Shown piece by piece: positions 10,521-18,580 of a stretch of 29,082 nucleotides of DNA. The stretch is taken from NCBI GenBank assembly GCA_965653075.1, contig CBFGYX010000001.1:1-29082 (forward strand). The letters run 5' to 3'. The translations under genes were made by a program, and so were the position numbers. The stretch's first letter is position 1; the number at the start of each line of letters is the position of its first letter. This DNA comes from an uncultured bacterium (GTDB taxonomy: Bacteria; Bacteroidota; Rhodothermia; Rhodothermales; CAZKDQ01). The notes under the pieces are model-generated. The model saw nothing but the letters and a program-made list of their open reading frames with translations. It had not been told where the DNA came from and ran no database searches.

Positions 10521-11456
10521 ATGCTGGCACAAACGTTCTGGCTTCCCGAACAGGTCTCGACAATCGCGCCTGAGATTGACAGGGCTTTCTATTTCGTCCA
10601 CTGGACGTCTGTCATCATATTTATAGGCATCATCATCACGATGTCCCTGTTCGTCTACAAGTACCGCAGACGAACGCCCGATGACAGGCCGACGCTCGTG
10701 GAGCCGAGCACTGTGCTCGAGGTCTCGTGGATTGCGATACCTGTGGTACTCGTATTGATCATCTTCAACTGGGGCTTCCAGGGCTTTATCAAACTCGCCA
10801 CACCTCCGCCTGATGCGTATCAGATTAACGTGACGGCAAGAATGTGGCTGTGGGAGTTCGAGTATCCCAACGGAGTCCGGTCTACGGGTGAGCTCCACGT
10901 GCCGGTTGATCGACCAGTCCGCTTGCAGATGAGCAGCGAGGACGTCATCCATAGCTTCTTCGTACCGGCGTTCCGCGTCAAGCAGGATGTGCTTCCCAAC
11001 CGATATTCGTCGGTCTGGTTTGAGGCCACGAAAGCCGGCGAGTATCAAGCGTATTGCACGGAGTACTGCGGAACGCAGCATTCCAACATGCTCGCCTCGG
11101 TCATCGTTCACGAGCGTGAGGACTTCGACGAGTGGCTGCAGTCGGGTGGGGGAATGGAAGATCTGCCACTGGCTGAACTCGGGGCGCGGGTGTTCCAGCA
11201 GCAGGCGTGCCAGGCATGCCACACCACTGACGGCGGCCCGAGTGTAGGCCCGACGTTGCAAGGGTTGTACGGATCTACACGACAGTTTACCGACGGTACG
11301 TCTGCCGTGGCAGACGAGAACTATTTACGTGAGTCCATTCTGGATCCGGGCGCTAAGATCGTCCAGGGATTCCAGAACCTGATGCCGCCCAGCTACACCG
11401 GGCTAAGCGAAAGGGAAGTTAACGGTCTCATCGAATTCATCAGGGAGCACCAGTAG
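10521..11456 (+). CDS. ctaC: caa3-type cytochrome c oxidase subunit II with fused cytochrome c
   Basis: Two TMs; WLWEFEY; CuA ligands DVIHSF and [12 protein letters not shown]; C-terminal CQACH heme c and LMP Met. Confidence 0.96.
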   Translation: MLAQTFWLPEQVSTIAPEIDRAFYFVHWTSVIIFIGIIITMSLFVYKYRRRTPDDRPTLVEPSTVLEVSWIAIPVVLVLIIFNWGFQGFIKLATPPPDAYQINVTARMWLWEFEYPNGVRSTGELHVPVDRPVRLQMSSEDVIHSFFVPAFRVKQDVLPNRYSSVWFEATKAGEYQAYCTEYCGTQHSNMLASVIVHEREDFDEWLQSGGGMEDLPLAELGARVFQQQACQACHTTDGGPSVGPTLQGLYGSTRQFTDGTSAVADENYLRESILDPGAKIVQGFQNLMPPSYTGLSEREVNGLIEFIREHQ

Positions 11457-11496
11457 CCGCAAGGTTAATGGTACCCACCGCTTTTTAAGACAAGCT

Positions 11497-13206
<1,710 letters not shown>

Positions 13207-13251
13207 GTCGGGTTGCTCGGAGTACTTTGAAGCTGATTACACTGATTTCTG

Positions 13252-13944
13252 ATGGCTACACAATCTGCCGCAGTGTCTGAGACGGCAACACACGCACCGA
13301 GTGCGCATCCGCCCCACTTGCAACACCACTTCGTATCGTCTGAGCAGCAGTTCGACGCGGCGAAGCTGGGCATGTGGCTGTTCCTCATCACGGAAATCCT
13401 GCTCTTCAGCGGGATGTTCGTGGCCTACGCTGTCTACCGCCTATGGCACCCTGAGGTCTTTCTGCACTCGAGCACCCTTCTCGACTGGAAGATGGGTGGC
13501 CTCAACACCCTGGTATTGCTCGGGTCGTCTCTGACGATCGCACTCGCCATCAACTGTGCTCAGCATGACGACAAGCGCGGCCTCGTGCGGTATCTGCTCC
13601 TCACGCTCGGCCTGTCGTTCCTCTTCCTCGTAGTCAAGTATTTCGAGTACACCGGCAAGTTTGCCTATGGCGTTTTCCCCGGTGCGCACTTCAATCCTGA
13701 AGGCAGCTATGCCGTCTATGATATTCCGTATGCGGCGCAGTTCCTCTCGATCTACTTCGTGATGACGGGCATCCACGCGATCCACATTATCATTGGGATG
13801 TCCGTAATGGCGCGAATGGCATACCGCGCGCATCGAGGTGATTTCAATAGTGAATGGTACACTCCGGTCGAGCTTACCGGCCTGTACTGGCACCTGGTTG
13901 ACATCATCTGGATTTTCCTTTTCCCATTGCTTTACCTGATATAG
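13252..13944 (+). CDS. ctaE: Cytochrome c oxidase subunit III
   Basis: LGMWLFLITEILLFSGMF, MTGIHAIHIIIG, GLYWHLVDIIWIFLFPLLY. Confidence 0.95.
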   Translation: MATQSAAVSETATHAPSAHPPHLQHHFVSSEQQFDAAKLGMWLFLITEILLFSGMFVAYAVYRLWHPEVFLHSSTLLDWKMGGLNTLVLLGSSLTIALAINCAQHDDKRGLVRYLLLTLGLSFLFLVVKYFEYTGKFAYGVFPGAHFNPEGSYAVYDIPYAAQFLSIYFVMTGIHAIHIIIGMSVMARMAYRAHRGDFNSEWYTPVELTGLYWHLVDIIWIFLFPLLYLI

Positions 13945-13971
13945 AGTCCATCTCTATCGCATGTGTCTGAT

Positions 13972-14484
13972 ATGGCAAAGTCTACTGCTCCGGTATCGCG
14001 GAGCCAACATAGTCACCACATCCTGCCCAGGGCCACGCTGTTCAAGGTCTTTGGTGCGCTGGTTGCGCTGACAATTATCACCGTTATCACCGCACAGTGG
14101 GACCTCGGTGGTCTTGATGTGCCGCTGGCATTAGCCATCGCTACGACGAAAGTCATTCTCGTGATGCTCTACTTCATGGCTTTGAAGTATGACAACCGGG
14201 TCAATGCGATGGTCTTCAGCGTTGGGGTTATCCTCGTCGGTATTTTCCTGACGTTTACGTTGTTCGACACCCAGTTTCGCGGTGACCTCCCCAACGTAGG
14301 CCGCGAGACGATCGCTGACGAAACGAGGAGGGAGGAGGCGCTGCGTGCACGTGAGCAGCAGTTCCAGCAGCAGGCACAGCCGCTCACACCTACGGCAACC
14401 CCTACTCAGGAGGAAGCGACAGGTAATGGTGCAGGGGCCGCAGAGACAGAGGCGCAACCGGTGGAGTCGGGCGACGAGCAGTAG
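13972..14484 (+). CDS. ctaF: Cytochrome c oxidase subunit IV (CtaF/CoxD-like)
   Basis: VFGALVALTIITV, ALAIATTKVILVMLYFMALKYD pattern; three TMs; follows subunit III. GTG 13963 is an alternative start. Confidence 0.87.
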   Translation: MAKSTAPVSRSQHSHHILPRATLFKVFGALVALTIITVITAQWDLGGLDVPLALAIATTKVILVMLYFMALKYDNRVNAMVFSVGVILVGIFLTFTLFDTQFRGDLPNVGRETIADETRREEALRAREQQFQQQAQPLTPTATPTQEEATGNGAGAAETEAQPVESGDEQ

Positions 14485-14573
14485 ACGATTCTGGTAGCGA
14501 ATGCAAATGCGATTGTGTTTTCGCTTACACGCATCGAGATAGTGAGTGGGGGAGAGACGGAGCAGGGTGCGAC

Positions 14574-14888
14574 ATGACAGGCACAGGTGGGACACTGATT
14601 TTCCTGATGATGGGCCTCCCCATCATGTTCTTCATGGTGGTGTGGAGCGTCGGCATGGCAATCCGTCTGACGTCGGCCGAAAGGAATCCCATCGATGACG
14701 TCGACGCCTTTATCCTTAGGCATGAACTTACGTTGCAAGGGGAGGCGGTACGTGTGGGCGCGCGCGATATCCGGCAGGATCAACTATTACGTGCGCCCAT
14801 GAGGCAGGTCGAGTACGAGTACGAAGGCGATCCCACGTACACGCTCCCACATCGGTGGGTTGAGGACCTGTACCAACGGGTCAACTGA
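14574..14888 (+). CDS. Hypothetical 104-aa protein with one N-terminal TM helix
   Basis: Only co-oriented ORF filling the gap; hydrophobic LIFLMMGLPIMFFMVVWSVGMAI then a soluble domain; no family recognised. Confidence 0.6.
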   Translation: MTGTGGTLIFLMMGLPIMFFMVVWSVGMAIRLTSAERNPIDDVDAFILRHELTLQGEAVRVGARDIRQDQLLRAPMRQVEYEYEGDPTYTLPHRWVEDLYQRVN

Positions 14889-14907
14889 GATCTCTTGTCG
14901 ACTGACC

Positions 14908-15519
14908 CTACTGTGACGTCAGTTTTGGGATCAAGTCGATCAGATAGTCGGCGAGGTTTCGGGCACTTTCCTCGCGTGATGTCCTCACGGTTGCAGAACT
15001 CTCAGAGAGGTGGCCGCTGACGCCCATAACGATGTGATTGCTCTTACCATGGGTGGCTGCAACGTAAGAAACCGCGTATCCCGTCGAGTCGATAAAGTTG
15101 GCGATGCGCTGCCAGTAGCTTCGCTCTTCCTCATCACCAATCAAGTGATCCTGCGTTACCAGCGTTCCACCCCGTAAATCAGGATCGATGAGATCGAGCG
15201 GCATCCGCGGATAAGTCGGCGCTGCAAGTTCAATGCGATCTCCCTCAAAGACCTGCGTCGCGCCGACGACGGTACCGATCGGTACCGACGCCTCGAGAGC
15301 CGTGCAGAGGACGGCATGGATGACACGATCTACGTTCATCTCACGCAGGAAGCGCTCGGTTCGCAACGTTGCCTTTACTTTCCCCATCCCGGTGATTGCA
15401 ACGCCGGTAACACCGTCCTGCGCAGATTCTGCCTCTTCAAGTCCTTCGAAACGGCCTCGTTCATACCTCTTCAAGAACGGCTCTGCTTCTTCTGCACTTG
15501 AAAATACCAAGCCAATCAT
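14908..15519 (-). CDS. Nucleoside phosphorylase/MTA-SAH nucleosidase fold protein with degenerate active site
   Basis: MIGLVFSSAEEA, TGMGKVKAT, GTLVTQD motifs in MTAN order; SD AGGAGA upstream; canonical EME and RxxSD motifs replaced. Confidence 0.7.
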   Translation of the reverse strand: MIGLVFSSAEEAEPFLKRYERGRFEGLEEAESAQDGVTGVAITGMGKVKATLRTERFLREMNVDRVIHAVLCTALEASVPIGTVVGATQVFEGDRIELAAPTYPRMPLDLIDPDLRGGTLVTQDHLIGDEEERSYWQRIANFIDSTGYAVSYVAATHGKSNHIVMGVSGHLSESSATVRTSREESARNLADYLIDLIPKLTSQ

Positions 15520-15601
15520 CGATACTCTCCTGCCGGAATGTGATTCTGGAAAGGAAGCAAACCTATCTGTTTACAAGAACATCTTTTAATAGGAACCCGG
15601 G

Positions 15602-16558
15602 ATGAAGGTTGTCGAAATACTTGAGAAGGCGGATAATCCCCTCATATCGTATGAACTCATCCCTCCCCGCCGAGGCGGTTCGATTGCCGGCGTATTTGAT
15701 ATAATTGAACGTCTCGTCGCGTTTGAGCCGCCGTTCATTGACGTGACCAGCCATAGTGCGGAGCAGTACTATGAGGATCTCGGAGACGGCAGCGTTCGTC
15801 GCTATGCTAAACGGAAGCGGCCGGGTACCCTAGGCCTTTGTGCAGCCATCAAGGGTCGATTCGGTATCGAAACGGTGCCGCATCTTCTATGCCTCGGGTT
15901 TACCCGAGAGGAGACGGAAGACGCGCTGATCGAGTTGAACTATCTCGGCATCCAGAATGTGATGGCGCTTCGGGGCGACGATAATGGCTATCAGAAGTCG
16001 CTGAACGAGAACCGCACGCGGAATAACTACGCTGTCGATCTGGTAAGGCAGGTCGCTGATATGAACCGCGGTCTCTACCTCGAGAACCTGCTCGACGCGG
16101 CGTCAACGGACTTCTGTATCGGCGTGGCCGGCTATCCCGAGAAACACTTTGAAGCGCCGAACCTCGAGTGGGACGTACAGAATTTGAAGCGGAAGGTCGA
16201 CGCCGGCGCGCATTATGTCACCACGCAGATGTTTTTCGACAACCAGCACTATTTCCGATTTGTTGACCTGTGCCGGGAAGCGGGAATCGACGTCCCAATT
16301 ATCCCCGGGCTCAAGATATTGACGTCCCGGAGGCAGTTACAGGCGCTTCCTAAGCACTTTTTTGTGGACATTCCCACGGATCTCGCCGAGGAAGCCAGTG
16401 CTGCTTCGGATGAGCACGTTAAAGACATCGGGATCGAATGGGCGATTCGTCAGGCCGATGAATTGATGAGCCACGGCGTCCCCTGTGTGCATTTCTATAT
16501 CATGCAGTCGGCAGAGACGGTTGCAAGGGTTGTTGAACCGCTTCGCGCAGCCGCGTGA
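15602..16558 (+). CDS. metF: 5,10-methylenetetrahydrofolate reductase
   Basis: SYELIPP, IDVTSH, ETVPHL, VMALRGD, GVAGYPEKH, KVDAGA..TTQMFFD, VHFYIM. Confidence 0.93.
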   Translation: MKVVEILEKADNPLISYELIPPRRGGSIAGVFDIIERLVAFEPPFIDVTSHSAEQYYEDLGDGSVRRYAKRKRPGTLGLCAAIKGRFGIETVPHLLCLGFTREETEDALIELNYLGIQNVMALRGDDNGYQKSLNENRTRNNYAVDLVRQVADMNRGLYLENLLDAASTDFCIGVAGYPEKHFEAPNLEWDVQNLKRKVDAGAHYVTTQMFFDNQHYFRFVDLCREAGIDVPIIPGLKILTSRRQLQALPKHFFVDIPTDLAEEASAASDEHVKDIGIEWAIRQADELMSHGVPCVHFYIMQSAETVARVVEPLRAAA

Positions 16559-16559
16559 T

Positions 16560-16593
16560 AAAGCAAAAGGCCCCGGCATGATGCCGAGGCCTT
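16560..16593 (-). terminator. Intrinsic terminator for hpf, between convergent metF and hpf
   Basis: Minus strand AAGGCCTCGGCAT-C-ATGCCGGGGCCTT (one U-G pair) followed by TTGCTTT. Confidence 0.75.
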
Positions 16594-16599
16594 GAATGA

Positions 16600-16914
16600 T
16601 CATCTATATGCGTAGCGACTGGTACTGCGCAATTTCGCTTTATACCGCATCAATTGTCGCCGAAGTCGCTCGATGGTGTTGTCGATCGCTTCTTCATGTG
16701 TGGAGGCCGTGTCTCGAGCAGTCAGCGTTTGCTTAACGACACGCAGACTGATTTCCGCCGTTCGCTCCTGAACGCCATTACCGGCTTTTGAAAGAACGAT
16801 GGTCGCATCGGTCACGCCGTCATAAAAACGTAGAAGCTTCTCGAGCTTCTGTTCGGCGTAAGTGCGGAGTTCGTTGCTTGCATCGAAGCGGCGGGCGGTG
16901 AACTGGATCTGCAT
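16600..16914 (-). CDS. hpf: Ribosome hibernation promoting factor (short HPF/RaiA)
   Basis: MQIQFTARRFDASNELRTYAEQKLEKL; AIDNTIERLRRQLMRYKAK; SD GGAGGT upstream. Confidence 0.93.
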   Translation of the reverse strand: MQIQFTARRFDASNELRTYAEQKLEKLLRFYDGVTDATIVLSKAGNGVQERTAEISLRVVKQTLTARDTASTHEEAIDNTIERLRRQLMRYKAKLRSTSRYAYR

Positions 16915-16973
16915 AGATACCTCCGTTGCTATCCGTACACGGGAATAACGAATGTGGAATCATCCACACTCTC

Positions 16974-17002
16974 TTAGTACGTCATACGAGCGAGGGAGTC
17001 AA
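16974..17002 (-). promoter_or_regulatory. Possible sigma70-type promoter for hpf
   Basis: Minus strand TTGACT-N17-TACTAA; good -35, weak -10. Confidence 0.3.
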
Positions 17003-17061
17003 CGGATCGTCGGAAATGATGCCGCCGAGTGCAGTTCTTGTAACCAGACGTACCGCCGGCT

Positions 17062-17520
17062 TTATCCGTGCTTTGAGCCGGACGAATCGAGCGACTGAAG
17101 GTAGTTGTTCTCAACGTCCTTCATTTCCTGAGCTGCCGCATCCGTGTCATCCGAGTATCCCAGCAGATGAAGGAGTCCGTGCAGTGCGTAACGGGCGGCT
17201 TCTCTCTCGTACGTTTCGCCAAATTCGGCGCATCGTTCGGCAGCCGTGTCGAGGTCCACGTAGATCTCGCCGTCAACGTCTTCTTCACCGTCGTCGGCCA
17301 TGTTGAACGCCAGCACGTCGGTGAGGTAATCGTGCTCGAGATAGCGGCGGTTCAGGTCCAGGACCGTGTCGTGATCGGTCAGGATGACCTCCAGGTGGGA
17401 TACGGCGGCGTCTTCGGAGCGAATCGCGTGCTGGAGCAAACGCTTGATCGCGCTTACCGGAGCCTCACGATTGGGATGATCGACGACGACATTGAGTACG
17501 AAGTCGGATTCGGAAGTCAT
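17062..17520 (-). CDS. ybeY: rRNA maturation endoribonuclease YbeY
   Basis: LNRRYLEHDYLTDVLAF, GEIYVDLD, HGLLHLLGY motifs. Confidence 0.92.
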   Translation of the reverse strand: MTSESDFVLNVVVDHPNREAPVSAIKRLLQHAIRSEDAAVSHLEVILTDHDTVLDLNRRYLEHDYLTDVLAFNMADDGEEDVDGEIYVDLDTAAERCAEFGETYEREAARYALHGLLHLLGYSDDTDAAAQEMKDVENNYLQSLDSSGSKHG

Positions 17521-17969
17521 CCGAGGTCGGAGAAGAGCGTTTCCGTCATTGAGAGCGCAACGCTGCTCATGATGAGCTCAGGTGGGAGCTGCGTGAAGTC
17601 GGTCGAGAGAAGCCTTTCGTCGACATTTGCATATAGGGAGCAGCCGACTTCCCGCTCGACGACGAGTCCGCTCGTCCTGCCGTTGCGACGGGCAAAGAAA
17701 ATGACTTCGCCCAGGTCCTCGCTCGCAATGAACCCGGTACAGTCCTGAAGCTGCAGGAACGAAGCAGGGGCGTAAACAGAGACGAGGGTACTGCCGGCCT
17801 CTTCGACGCCTTCCGGCAATTCAAGCCCGTTCAGTATCTCAAGCGCGAGATGGCGCCCCGACGCTTCATCCTTGAGCTCAAAGCGGGTCAGGCCGCCGTC
17901 TGTTTTGGGTAAGACACCAAGGACGTTGGAAATGCGTTTGAGGTCGGCCTCCGAAAACGAGAACGCCAT
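17517..17969 (-). CDS. Hypothetical ~150-aa soluble protein overlapping ybeY start by 4 nt
   Basis: ORF from ATG 17969 (MAFSFSEADLKRISNVLG); ATGA overlap with ybeY; protein-like composition; no family recognised. Confidence 0.7.
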   Translation of the reverse strand: MAFSFSEADLKRISNVLGVLPKTDGGLTRFELKDEASGRHLALEILNGLELPEGVEEAGSTLVSVYAPASFLQLQDCTGFIASEDLGEVIFFARRNGRTSGLVVEREVGCSLYANVDERLLSTDFTQLPPELIMSSVALSMTETLFSDLG

Positions 17970-18060
17970 TGCTGACCGCGGTAAACAGGTAGATTGAACG
18001 AACTGCACATTGGAATGCAGGTCGCAGAAAATAGCGGCAAGCCCGACCAATTACAACGAT

Positions 18061-18363
18061 TCAAACACTGGTATGCTGCTGCAATACCGGGCCCTGCGAG
18101 TCCATCCTCACACCCGTCGCGACTGCATCGTCATCCGACTCCTCACCGTCGTCAAGCCCTACGACATTCTTCGCATGGAGCCCTTTCGGGCCATCCTGAA
18201 GTTCAAACTCGACCGTCTGACCTGTCTTAAGGGTCTTGAATCGCTTGTCATCGGCGATGGCCGAATAGTGGACAAAGATATCGCCGCCATCGTCGGGGTG
18301 CTCGATGAAGCCGTAGCCCTTCTTGGCGTCAAACCATTTTACGACGCTACTTCGGGTACTCAT
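18061..18363 (-). CDS. Cold-shock domain protein with acidic C-terminal extension
   Basis: VKWFDAKKGYGFI (RNP1), DIFVHYSAI (RNP2), FKTLKTGQTVEF..GPKGLHAKNV; SD GAGGAGG. Confidence 0.95.
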   Translation of the reverse strand: MSTRSSVVKWFDAKKGYGFIEHPDDGGDIFVHYSAIADDKRFKTLKTGQTVEFELQDGPKGLHAKNVVGLDDGEESDDDAVATGVRMDSQGPVLQQHTSV

Positions 18364-18453
18364 TGCGTGCCTCCTCGTCTGTGTTCTACCGCATCTGGAT
18401 CATGACGGGACGCCATGATTGTACATTTTTAGGAATTTTACGATTTGAACACA

Positions 18454-18483
18454 ATAATAACGCACAAACGTCGGCGGAGTCAA
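18454..18483 (-). promoter_or_regulatory. Probable sigma70-type promoter for the cold-shock gene
   Basis: Minus strand TTGACT-N18-TATTAT followed by an AT-rich leader. Confidence 0.5.
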
Positions 18484-18537
18484 TGACTAAGCGCCGTTCC
18501 GCAGACTATGCGCCGAAGGCCTATATGTGCACGAGCC

Positions 18538-18570
18538 AAAAAGAAAGACGCGCCTTACGTGGCGCGCCTT
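18538..18570 (-). terminator. Intrinsic terminator downstream of the DUF2723 gene
   Basis: Minus strand AAGGCGCGCC-ACGTAA-GGCGCGTCTT (one G-U) then TCTTTTT, 10 nt after the stop codon. Confidence 0.8.
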
Positions 18571-18580
18571 GAGAGGTCGA

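Noticed and set aside
15520-15601. SAM riboswitch upstream of metF
   Set aside because: Spacer is only 82 nt, shared with a divergent gene, and lacks SAM-I/II core motifs.
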